In this document: positions 55,794 to 64,000 of the stretch, one piece after another
How positions within the stretch are numbered: position 1 is the first letter of the stretch
Layout of the letters: each line of letters opens with the position of its first letter
NCBI GenBank assembly: GCA_965200315.1
Contig: OZ241362.1
Span: 2,432,001-2,496,000 of the forward strand
From: Candidatus Latescibacterota bacterium
GTDB taxonomy: Bacteria > Latescibacterota > UBA2968 > UBA8231
DNA: 64,000 nt
Direction: 5' to 3'
Position numbers and translations under genes: made by a program
The notes under the pieces: generated by a model
Databases searched by the model: none
Seen by the model: only the letters and a program-made list of their open reading frames with translations
What the model was told of the DNA's origin: nothing

Positions 55794-56627
55794 ATGCCCA
55801 CAGATACGCCCTTTCCCGCATTGACCCCATCCCAACGCCTGCACCTCGAAATCTATGGCTACGTCGTCCTCGAAAAACTCCTGACCGAAGCCGAAGTCGC
55901 CGCGCTGCTAGAACTTATCTACCGGATTGAAGCCGACTTTCAGCGCACGGGCCGACTGCCCGGAGCAAACTGCCATTTGTCCAGTTCGACTCGGGCATTT
56001 TTCCGCATCGACAATCTCCCTCATCTATCCCCGTGCTTTTACGAATATCTGACGCATCCTAGAATTTTGGGAATGGCCGAGGAAATAGTCGGCGGCACCG
56101 TCCGCCTAGAGCAGTCAGACGCCCATATCCGGCGGCCGGGTGGTCAGCAAAAGTATGGCTTCCACCGGGGCATCAATCCCGCGTATTCTCACACCGGCAA
56201 CGGCCTCTATCACTTCTCCTTCGTCAAGGCCCTCACCAACCTCACCGATCTCGGCCCCGACGACGGCGGCACTACCGTCATTCCCGGAACGCACAAAATC
56301 CCCCAAGAAGTGGACCGTCAGGCGATTGTCGACGCGGCCTTAGCCGACCCCGCGCTCGTTCACCAAGTCGAAGCACCGGCTGGCTCGACGCTGCTCTTTT
56401 ACGAATCGCTGATGCACTCCTCGGGCATCATCCGCTCGCAGCAAGACCGCGTCTTGATTCTCGGCGGCTACACTCCGACGATGTTCCAAGCGTGGAATGG
56501 CTACGATCCCGATCCCGAATTCGTCGCCAGCTTACCCGAAGAACGGGCCGCCTTGCTCACCGGCGGGGACAAATACGGCTGGCAACGCAAACTGCGCGAC
56601 TTAGCCGCACCCGCAGAGATCGCTTAA
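55794..56627 (+). CDS. PhyH family Fe/2OG enzyme with HxG motif
   Basis: GYVVLE, GFHRG, LTDLGPDDGGT..IPGTHK, PAGS, LMHSSG. Confidence 0.85.
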   Translation: MPTDTPFPALTPSQRLHLEIYGYVVLEKLLTEAEVAALLELIYRIEADFQRTGRLPGANCHLSSSTRAFFRIDNLPHLSPCFYEYLTHPRILGMAEEIVGGTVRLEQSDAHIRRPGGQQKYGFHRGINPAYSHTGNGLYHFSFVKALTNLTDLGPDDGGTTVIPGTHKIPQEVDRQAIVDAALADPALVHQVEAPAGSTLLFYESLMHSSGIIRSQQDRVLILGGYTPTMFQAWNGYDPDPEFVASLPEERAALLTGGDKYGWQRKLRDLAAPAEIA

Positions 56628-56645
56628 ACGCCAAAGGAATTGCAC

Positions 56646-58391
56646 ATGCGAAACAGAAGCCAAACGCGAATTTGGTACTATTGGATTTGTTGCGCTCTGC
56701 TCTTGGCGTGCGGTGGTGGCCAAGACCAAGCGGAGCAACAGCCGAGCGTACAACAAGTCCCTCGGGACCGGACGCTGATCTTGGGGTTGACCCAGATGCT
56801 GGATTACGACGCCTTCAACCCTTTTATCCCCGGCATGGTGTCTTCGACCGGATCCAACTTTCTCTTCGAGCCGCTCTATTACTACAACGCTTATAGCGAA
56901 GAAAACAACCTCATCCCCTGGATCGCGGAAAGCCACCAATACAACGAGGATTACACCCAAGTCACCATCAAAATCCGCGACGGCGTCCAGTGGAGCGACG
57001 GCATGCCGTGGACGGCGCGCGACTTGGTCTTCACCATCAATATGCTCAAGGCCAACGCGCCGGAACTGCTGCTTTCTACCGACATGGAAACCTGGGTCGC
57101 CGAGGCGGTGGCCGTGGACGAGCTGACGGCGCACATCACCCTGCGGGCATCCAATCCAAGATTTCTGTTTTCGTACTTCACCGATTGCTTCGGCAATGGG
57201 GTCCGCATCGTCCCCGAGCACATCTGGCAAGACCAAGACGCCAAGACCTTCAAAAATCTCGACCTAGCCAAGGGCTGGCCGGTGGTCAGCGGGCCGTATC
57301 GCCTAGTGATTACCGCGCCCGAACAGCGCGTTTGGGATCGGCGGCCAGACTGGTGGGCGGCCGGCTTGGGGTTCCAGCGACTGCCCAAGGTGGAGCGCAT
57401 CATCTATCTGCCCTTCGGCAATGAAGCCAAGTGGTCCCAGCAACTCTTAGCCAACGAGATCGATTCGAGCATTGACTTGCGCCCTGTCAACATCAAGACC
57501 GTTCTCGAGCAAAACCCCAATATCTCCACTTGGACGGGCAGAGAAGCACCCTACGGCTATCTGGATTGGTGGCCGCTGTCCCTCGGCTTCAACAATCTCG
57601 AAGAGCCCTTCAGCGACCCGGAGATCCGCTGGGCCATCAACTACGCGATCAATCGCGCCCAAGTAGTTGACGTCGGTTGGCAGGGAGCGGGCAAGTTTAC
57701 GCTCTATCCCTATCCCGAATTTCCCCCGCTAATGCGCTATATCGACCAGCTCCAAGATCTTCTCGCGCAATACCAGCTAAATACCTACGATCCGGTTCGC
57801 ACGGCGGAGATCATGCAGCGCAAGGGATGGCACAAGGACGAGGATGGGTTTTGGAGCAAGGACGGGACGCGCCTTAAGATAGTGGTCGATGTCTTCCCCA
57901 ACCTCTTCCAAGACTTCACGCCGGTGCTGATCGAACAATTGCGCCAAGCCGGTTTTGACGCCAGTTTCCGCGCCACCAACGACGCCTATTCCCGCATGAC
58001 CCAAGGTACGGCCCGGGCCTTTGTGATCGGACACGCAGCTTCGGTGCGGGATCCTTATTTCACCTTGCGCCTCTATCACAGTCGCTTTGTGCAGCCGACG
58101 GGGACGGCGGCCGAGTACTTCTGGCGTTGGAAAAATGAGGAATTCGACGCAATCGTCGATCGCATGGCCGAGGTCGCGCCGGAAGACCCAGCGCTAGTCG
58201 AGCTCTTCCGCAAAGCAATGGATATCTGGTTCCGCGAGCTGCCTTCGATCCCCCTGATCCAGTGGTATCACCGAATTCCCCACAACGAAACCTATTGGAA
58301 AAACTGGCCCACGGCCGAAAATCCCTACGTCAACAGCGCTTACTGGCACCGCACTTGGCTACTTGTCTTACTTAACCTAGAACCCACATAA
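56646..58391 (+). CDS. ABC transporter substrate-binding lipoprotein (family 5)
   Basis: Lipobox LLLAC; FEPLYYYN, WSDGMPWTARDLVFT, SGPY, PFSDPEIRWAINYAINR. Confidence 0.9.
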   Translation: MRNRSQTRIWYYWICCALLLACGGGQDQAEQQPSVQQVPRDRTLILGLTQMLDYDAFNPFIPGMVSSTGSNFLFEPLYYYNAYSEENNLIPWIAESHQYNEDYTQVTIKIRDGVQWSDGMPWTARDLVFTINMLKANAPELLLSTDMETWVAEAVAVDELTAHITLRASNPRFLFSYFTDCFGNGVRIVPEHIWQDQDAKTFKNLDLAKGWPVVSGPYRLVITAPEQRVWDRRPDWWAAGLGFQRLPKVERIIYLPFGNEAKWSQQLLANEIDSSIDLRPVNIKTVLEQNPNISTWTGREAPYGYLDWWPLSLGFNNLEEPFSDPEIRWAINYAINRAQVVDVGWQGAGKFTLYPYPEFPPLMRYIDQLQDLLAQYQLNTYDPVRTAEIMQRKGWHKDEDGFWSKDGTRLKIVVDVFPNLFQDFTPVLIEQLRQAGFDASFRATNDAYSRMTQGTARAFVIGHAASVRDPYFTLRLYHSRFVQPTGTAAEYFWRWKNEEFDAIVDRMAEVAPEDPALVELFRKAMDIWFRELPSIPLIQWYHRIPHNETYWKNWPTAENPYVNSAYWHRTWLLVLLNLEPT

Positions 58392-58436
58392 TAGGGGTTG
58401 CAAATTCGACGCCATTACCAACGAAAGGGGAATCCC

Positions 58437-59504
58437 ATGCAGAAATCCGATCTATATGAACAGGGCCTCGCAGCCGGTGAGGCCGCGGCTTCTGCCGCCG
58501 GCGCATCACAAACATCGGCGAACGGCGGGCGCATGTATGTGCGCACCCAGAGTTTTGGGTCAACCGATGCCGAGTTGCGCTTTTTGCAGCGCTGTGGCGT
58601 GCGCCACAAGGCCGCCAACTTTCCCTTCCACCCCGACCGCGGCTGGGACCTCGATGAGTTGCTCCGGGAAAGAGAGCACCACGAGGCCTTTGGGCTGACG
58701 CTCGATATGAGCTTGCTACCCATATATCAGCACTTGCCCAACATCATCTATTTCGGCAAAAGCCCGGAACGCGACCGGGAAATCGACCTCGTATGCGAAA
58801 TGATCCGCACCGCTTCGCGCGCCGGCATCGATTCTCTGCGCTATAACACGTGCATCCTGCCCATCGACCGGACGGAAGAAGAGGAAGGCCGCGGCGGTTA
58901 CGTCCACACGGCCTTCCGCCTCGACAAGGTCCCGGCCGAAGAACAGGCCAAGCTGACTGAGGCCGGGCGCGTCACCGCAGACATGCACTGGGAGCGAATT
59001 GAGTATCTGCTCGAACGCATGATTCCGGTGGCAGAAGAATTCAAGGTTCGAATGGGCAACTCTCAGGAAGACCCTGCCACACCCCCCGGTTATAAGGGCG
59101 TCGACAAAGTCCTCAATGACTTTGAGGGCATGAAGCGTTTCATCGAGATTCAGCGCAGTCCGTATCACGGCTGGAACTTCTGCGTCGGCTCCATCGCCGA
59201 AGGGCTCGAAGATCCGGCCAGTGAAATCTACCCCATCGTAGAATACTTTGGCCGCCGCAATACGATCTTCCTCGTTCACTATCGCAACCTCCTCGGGGGG
59301 CGCGACAGCTTCCGCGAGGCACTGCCCGACGAAGGAGATATGGACTTCCACCGGGTATTAAAGGCCCTCAAGGACACAGGCTACTGTTACGGCATTGATC
59401 CCGACCACGTTCCGCGCACCGACGACGATCCAAAGGGCTACTATCAGTCCTATGCGTACTGCTTCGGCTACATCAATGCCATGATTCAGGCGGTCTATGG
59501 GTAG
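58437..59504 (+). CDS. Mannonate dehydratase (UxuA)-like protein
   Basis: GKSPERDREID, WERIEYLLERMIPVAEE, NFCVGS, VHYRN, DEGDMD, PDHVP, GYINAM. Confidence 0.8.
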   Translation: MQKSDLYEQGLAAGEAAASAAGASQTSANGGRMYVRTQSFGSTDAELRFLQRCGVRHKAANFPFHPDRGWDLDELLREREHHEAFGLTLDMSLLPIYQHLPNIIYFGKSPERDREIDLVCEMIRTASRAGIDSLRYNTCILPIDRTEEEEGRGGYVHTAFRLDKVPAEEQAKLTEAGRVTADMHWERIEYLLERMIPVAEEFKVRMGNSQEDPATPPGYKGVDKVLNDFEGMKRFIEIQRSPYHGWNFCVGSIAEGLEDPASEIYPIVEYFGRRNTIFLVHYRNLLGGRDSFREALPDEGDMDFHRVLKALKDTGYCYGIDPDHVPRTDDDPKGYYQSYAYCFGYINAMIQAVYG

Positions 59505-59513
59505 CCCATAGCC

Positions 59514-62500
59514 ATGCCTCAAATAGATTATGACGATCCAAGGCACCAAACCGCAGCAGCGGCGATCTTGCAACGACACCACAGCAATGAACCCGAGGCT
59601 AATATCACTAGTGCGGTGCGCGACTTTTTGCTCCGCACGGGATTGGTTGATGCAAGCGACATCGCCGAGGAAGTGTCGCCATCGGACCATTCAGTGCGAT
59701 CTGTGGATTTGACGGCATTAGATACGTTTATCGAGGTCAAGAAGCGCATTGGCACGACCGACGGCTTTAATCCCAATGAAAACTATGTGCGGCAGTTGGA
59801 CGAATACTTGGCGGAATCCATGGCGGGCGGAGCGCGGATGGGCGTTCTCACAGACGGGAGGTATTGGCTCCTACGCTGGCCGAATGCTGGCAAGGTCAAA
59901 ACGACTCAGCCTTATGCTTTTACCCTAGAATCGGCGGCTGACTGGCTGCCTTTGTATGAGTGGCTTCGCGATGAGGCCCTCGTCGCGCTGGACGACATTC
60001 CGGCCCAACGCACCGATGTCGAGCGACACTTTGGCTCCAACAGCCCGTCGTATCAGCGGGATATTGCCGTCCTAAACGCGCTCTACCAAGGGGCGAAGGG
60101 CCGCGAAACCGTCCGGGTCAAATGCCGCTTGTGGGAAAACTTGTTGCAAGCGGCGTTGGGCGAGATCGCTCAGACGCCCGAACAGCTAGATGATCTGTTC
60201 GTTCGGCACACGTATCTAAGCATGGTCATCGGCATGGTGGTGCAGGCGTACTTTGGCATAGATATTCGGGAACGGGCCGCTAACGACCCAACGGACTTGC
60301 TCTACGGACGGCAGTTCCGCGATGACACCGGCCTGCAAGACATTATTGAGTCGGATTTTTTTGCGTGGCCAGCCGAAGTGGGTGGGCAACCGCTTATCAA
60401 GACGATAGCTCGGCGCGTGGCCCGCTTTAACTGGAAGGAAGCACCCGCTGACATCGCCGCCACCCTGTACGAAGCGGTTATTCCGCCGGATGAACGGCGA
60501 CGCTTAGGCGAGTATTATACCCCGGAATGGCTGGCACAGGCCATGGTACAGGAGGTAGTAACAGACCCGCTTCGTCAGCGAGTTCTCGATCCGTCCTGTG
60601 GCTCCGGCACGTTTATCGCCGTTTCGGTGCACCACTTTGTCGAAGCAGCGGCGCAAGCAAAGGAGGATCCCAAAGAGGCATTGGAGCGGTTGCGCGAGGC
60701 GGTGATTGGCATTGACGTGCATCCGGTAGCGGTACGGCTGGCCCGGACGGCTTGGATCATGGCAGCGCGGCCCCTCATTGATGCGGCCGCCGAGGCCGGG
60801 TATGAGGGAAACGTGGCGATACCCGTGTATTTGGGAGACGCCTTGCAGCTACACTACCAAACCGGCGATTTGTTTGTCGGCGGCGATATAGGCATTGAGG
60901 TGGAGGGCGACGAGTTCGACAAAAGGTTGATTTTTCCGATCGGTTTGGTGGAACAAGCCGACACGTTTGATCTGCTGATGAGCGACATTGCCGATGCGAT
61001 TGAGCGCGGCAATGACCCGCTAGTGGCGTTGGACGACCGCGGGATTGCGGATTTGGGCCAGCGGCAGACGCTGGCCGCGACCATCGCGATTATGCAGGAA
61101 TTACATGCCGAGGGGCGCGACCACATCTGGGCGTACTATACGCGCAATTTGGTACGTCCGGTGGCGTTGAGCCGCCGCAAGGTCGATGTGATTGTCGGCA
61201 ACCCGCCGTGGCTGAACTATCGCAATACCGCTAGCGTGTTGCGCGACAAGCTAGTGCAGCAGAGCAAGGAGCTATATCACATCTGGCAGGGAGGGCGCTA
61301 TGCAACGCATCAAGATGTGGCCGGGCTTTTCTTTGCCCGCAGCGTCGCGCTCTATCTGCAAGATGGCGGCGTCATCGCCATGGTACTGCCGCATAGCGCC
61401 TTGCAAACCGGGCAATATGCTAAGTGGCGCACCGGACAGTGGGGCGATTTGGCGGTACATTTCGGCTACAAAATGGCGTGGGATCTGGAAAAACTCGAAC
61501 CCAATACGTTTTTTCCGGTCGCATCTTGTGTGGCATTTGCCAAGCGGCTAGCGTGGAAATCCTCCGCGACGCCCCTAGCCGGCGATGTCGAGCGGTGGCA
61601 AGGGGCGGCCGGAGCAAAGGATGTGCGGCGGGAGCGAATCGCTATTACCGACACGTCGGTCGGCGGAACATCGCCGTACGCGGACCGCTTTCGGCAGGGA
61701 GCTTCCATCGTGCCGCGCTGTCTCTTCTTTGTAAATGAGGTCGAGAGCACCACCCTTGTTAGAGCTGCACAGACCGTTAAGGTGGAGCCGCGCCGAGGTA
61801 GCAATGATAAAACACCGTGGAAGAACCTCGATCTGACCGCCATCACCGGGCAGACGATAGAGAAAGCGCACTTGTTCGACATTCACTTGGGGGAAACGGT
61901 GGTTCCCTACGCGACGTTGACGCCGCTGAAGGCCCTGTTGCCCTTAAAACAAGGCGATGCTGAACTGCCGGCGGACGCCAATGGAACGGGAGGCATTCAT
62001 CTCGGTGGGTTGGAACAGCGGATGCGGGGACGGTGGCAGCAGGTCAGTGCGCTATGGGAGAAAAATAAAAAACCCGCGACCAGACAAAATCTATCGCAAT
62101 GGTTGGATTACAACAGCAAGCTCTCGGCGCAACTCGAATGGCGGCAGAACGACGAGGGCCGGCCGATTCGCGTGGTGTACACCGCCTCGGGAGAACCTAC
62201 GGCGGCGATTATCGACACCCATGATGCTATAGTTGACTACACGTTATTCTGGACACCTTGCAAGGACGAGCAAGAAGCGCATTACATACTTGCTATTATC
62301 AATAGCACTGTACTTGCGGAACTAGTCAACAAGTACACCGTTCCAAACTGGTCTGGCAAAACTCGCCATTTGCAAAAGCACCTGTGGAAATTGTCGATAC
62401 CCGAATACGACGGAGCGAAAACGCTGCATCAGGAGATAGCACGGGCTGGTCAAGTGACCGCCAGCGGAGCTGCCCGACAACTGCAAAACCTATACAAGCA

Positions 62501-62612
62501 ACGCGGCGATACGGTCAGCACGACCATTGCCCGCCGCGAATTGCGCGGGTGGCTCGCCCAATCGGACGAAGGCAAGCAGGCAGAGACGTTGGTAAAGCAA
62601 CTTTTGGCATAA
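59514..62612 (+). CDS. Fused restriction endonuclease / N6-adenine methyltransferase (type IIG-like)
   Basis: N-terminal VDL..FIEVK (PD-(D/E)xK) and GVLTDG; LGEYYTPEWLA, VLDPSCGSGTF (motif I), IVGNPPW (motif IV); C-terminal TRD with YILAIINS. Confidence 0.88.
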   Translation: MPQIDYDDPRHQTAAAAILQRHHSNEPEANITSAVRDFLLRTGLVDASDIAEEVSPSDHSVRSVDLTALDTFIEVKKRIGTTDGFNPNENYVRQLDEYLAESMAGGARMGVLTDGRYWLLRWPNAGKVKTTQPYAFTLESAADWLPLYEWLRDEALVALDDIPAQRTDVERHFGSNSPSYQRDIAVLNALYQGAKGRETVRVKCRLWENLLQAALGEIAQTPEQLDDLFVRHTYLSMVIGMVVQAYFGIDIRERAANDPTDLLYGRQFRDDTGLQDIIESDFFAWPAEVGGQPLIKTIARRVARFNWKEAPADIAATLYEAVIPPDERRRLGEYYTPEWLAQAMVQEVVTDPLRQRVLDPSCGSGTFIAVSVHHFVEAAAQAKEDPKEALERLREAVIGIDVHPVAVRLARTAWIMAARPLIDAAAEAGYEGNVAIPVYLGDALQLHYQTGDLFVGGDIGIEVEGDEFDKRLIFPIGLVEQADTFDLLMSDIADAIERGNDPLVALDDRGIADLGQRQTLAATIAIMQELHAEGRDHIWAYYTRNLVRPVALSRRKVDVIVGNPPWLNYRNTASVLRDKLVQQSKELYHIWQGGRYATHQDVAGLFFARSVALYLQDGGVIAMVLPHSALQTGQYAKWRTGQWGDLAVHFGYKMAWDLEKLEPNTFFPVASCVAFAKRLAWKSSATPLAGDVERWQGAAGAKDVRRERIAITDTSVGGTSPYADRFRQGASIVPRCLFFVNEVESTTLVRAAQTVKVEPRRGSNDKTPWKNLDLTAITGQTIEKAHLFDIHLGETVVPYATLTPLKALLPLKQGDAELPADANGTGGIHLGGLEQRMRGRWQQVSALWEKNKKPATRQNLSQWLDYNSKLSAQLEWRQNDEGRPIRVVYTASGEPTAAIIDTHDAIVDYTLFWTPCKDEQEAHYILAIINSTVLAELVNKYTVPNWSGKTRHLQKHLWKLSIPEYDGAKTLHQEIARAGQVTASGAARQLQNLYKQRGDTVSTTIARRELRGWLAQSDEGKQAETLVKQLLA

Positions 62613-62636
62613 TCCGTAATTCACGGAATGGTGTGG

Positions 62637-62667
62637 AAACGCCGCTGAGACCAACACTGCGGCGTTT
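62637..62667 (+). terminator. Hairpin downstream of the RM gene
   Basis: AAACGCCGC-N13-GCGGCGTTT. Confidence 0.5.
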
Positions 62668-62749
62668 GTAGTGATTCATGGTAAAACCTAATGCCATTAG
62701 TTTACAATATAAATGAAATATGTCTATTTTATAAACTGCCGTTACGCCT

Positions 62750-62780
62750 TGTAGGGGCAACCACAAGGGACGCCCCTACA
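62750..62780. repeat. GTAG-type REP-like palindrome
   Basis: TGTAGGGGC-AACCACAAGGGAC-GCCCCTACA; single copy in the window. Confidence 0.6.
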
Positions 62781-62844
62781 CCGACCGAGGCGGGGCCGAT
62801 GCGGAACGTCAATTATAAACTATGTCAAGGGGAGAATACCCTCC

Positions 62845-63960
62845 ATGCTAGGACCGAGACTCAAGCTCGCTCGTTCTGCCGCCGGCCTGTCCCTGCGCGG
62901 CTTAGCGGAACGCATTGGAAATCGCGTAACAGCGCAGGCGATCGGCAAGTACGAGCGCGACGAATCCGTGCCAAGCTCGGGCGTCCTCATGGCGCTGGCC
63001 GACGCCCTCTCCGTCCCCGTGTCCTACTTGGTCGGAGACCAAGAAATGGCACTGGAGAGCGTCGAGTTTCGCAAGAAGCGTCTCACGAGCAAGCGCGAGG
63101 CAATGCAGGTCGAAGCCAAAGTCCTGCACTTGTTGGAACGCTACCTCATGGTCGAGGAGTTTCTCGGCTTGCCAAGCCTCAACTGGGACAAGCCTCGTGA
63201 AGCCCCCTACCCCGTCGTCAACGATCCCTTGGAGGCCGACCGCGCCGCTCATAGTCTCCGCCTTCACTGGGATTTAGGGATCGACCCTATTCCCAATCTA
63301 GTCGAGCTGATGGAGGAGCGCGGCATTAAGGTGCTCTCTTGTACGTTCGGAAATATCGACGGCCTCATGGCGCACGTACGCCGCGCCGGCAAGAGTGTTG
63401 TGCCCGTTCTCGTCGTCAACGATGCCCACTGGGGAGAGCGGCAGCGGCTCACAATGGCGCACGAGTTGGGGCATCTGGTCTTGGAGGTTGCCGCAAAGGT
63501 AGAGGACGAGACGGCGGCCTTCCGTTTCGCCGGGGCGTTTCTCATGCCCGCCGAGGTGCTGTGGGCCGCAATCGGCAAGCACCGCACGTCCATCGGCTGG
63601 AGTGAACTTTTTGCCCTCAAGCAGCTATTCGGCGTGAGCGTTCAGGCATTGACCTATCGATGCAAGGACCTCGGTATCTTTGGCCCAACCTTACTCCAAC
63701 GGCTATTTAAAGAATTTTCCCGTTTAGGCTGGCGCAGACCGCCCTATCAGGAGCCTTACGCCATGCCGGGCGAGGAGCCCCGGCGTTTCGAGCGCCTGTG
63801 CTTCCGCGCCTTGGCCGAGGGCGCGATCTCCGAGGCCAAGGCCGCCGAGCTACTGGAAATCTCGGTCCATGAGTTGAACCAGCACATGGAGAAGCCGCCA
63901 GACCTAGAGTATGATAAAGCCCATGAAGGTGCTGGTCTCCGACACGTCCATCCTGATTGA
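62845..63960 (+). CDS. XRE-family HTH fused to ImmA/IrrE metallo-endopeptidase
   Basis: RLKLAR..GLSLRGLA..AIGKYER HTH; RLTMAHELGH (HExxH); FAGAFLMP. Confidence 0.92.
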   Translation: MLGPRLKLARSAAGLSLRGLAERIGNRVTAQAIGKYERDESVPSSGVLMALADALSVPVSYLVGDQEMALESVEFRKKRLTSKREAMQVEAKVLHLLERYLMVEEFLGLPSLNWDKPREAPYPVVNDPLEADRAAHSLRLHWDLGIDPIPNLVELMEERGIKVLSCTFGNIDGLMAHVRRAGKSVVPVLVVNDAHWGERQRLTMAHELGHLVLEVAAKVEDETAAFRFAGAFLMPAEVLWAAIGKHRTSIGWSELFALKQLFGVSVQALTYRCKDLGIFGPTLLQRLFKEFSRLGWRRPPYQEPYAMPGEEPRRFERLCFRALAEGAISEAKAAELLEISVHELNQHMEKPPDLEYDKAHEGAGLRHVHPD

Positions 63961-63967
63961 TCTGGAT
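63923..63967 (+). pseudogene. N-terminal remnant of a PIN-domain gene
   Basis: MKVLVSDTSILIDLD matches a PIN first strand/helix and overlaps the XRE gene end; the PIN-like pattern stops after 15 codons. Confidence 0.55.
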
Positions 63968-64000
63968 ATGAATCGACCCAACATCATCTTCATCCTCAGC
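63968..64000 (+). CDS. Probable sulfatase, N-terminus only (runs off window)
   Basis: MNRPNIIFILS fits the typical sulfatase start; only 11 codons visible. Confidence 0.5.
   Translation, partial: MNRPNIIFILS

Noticed and set aside
54916-56627. PhyH genes as PhnY*-type members of the phosphonate pathway
   Set aside because: They are about 9 kb away, there is no phnZ, and there is no specific motif support.

Overview
GC-rich chromosomal window from a diderm bacterium (lolA/lolD/lolE present). The secreted proteins with YPNPFNP C-terminal domains, PhyH/Gfo-Idh-MocA/sulfatase content and mcsAB-clpC suggest an FCB-related lineage such as Ca. Latescibacterota; this is an inference only. The left half (minus strand) carries clpC-mcsB-mcsA-lolD-lolE, prfB (programmed +1 frameshift), an S8 protease, lolA, ftsK, a vWA protein, tsaD, a YbbR-like protein and moaED. 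It continues with two large modular secreted proteins (cohesin-like, dockerin-like and Ig modules; the larger lies behind a perfect-consensus sigma70 promoter), a tandem-repeat coiled-coil protein, YfhO/GT4 glycosyltransferases and hisGDB. The right half (mostly plus strand) contains two selenoproteins that the ORF track splits at in-frame UGA (an Rdx/SelW-like protein and selD); both have a similar hairpin starting 16 nt after the UGA. It also holds rdgB, a heterodimeric ABC exporter, an AT-rich orphan, guaB, an unusual phosphonate-catabolism trio (HpnZ-like ADH, phnA, HpnW-like FAD oxidoreductase, with no phnY/phnW/phnX in the window), catabolic enzymes, a type IIG-like RM gene, and an XRE-ImmA/IrrE regulator whose PIN partner appears truncated and fused to a sulfatase start. 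No rRNA, tRNA, CRISPR array, transposase or integrase was recognised.
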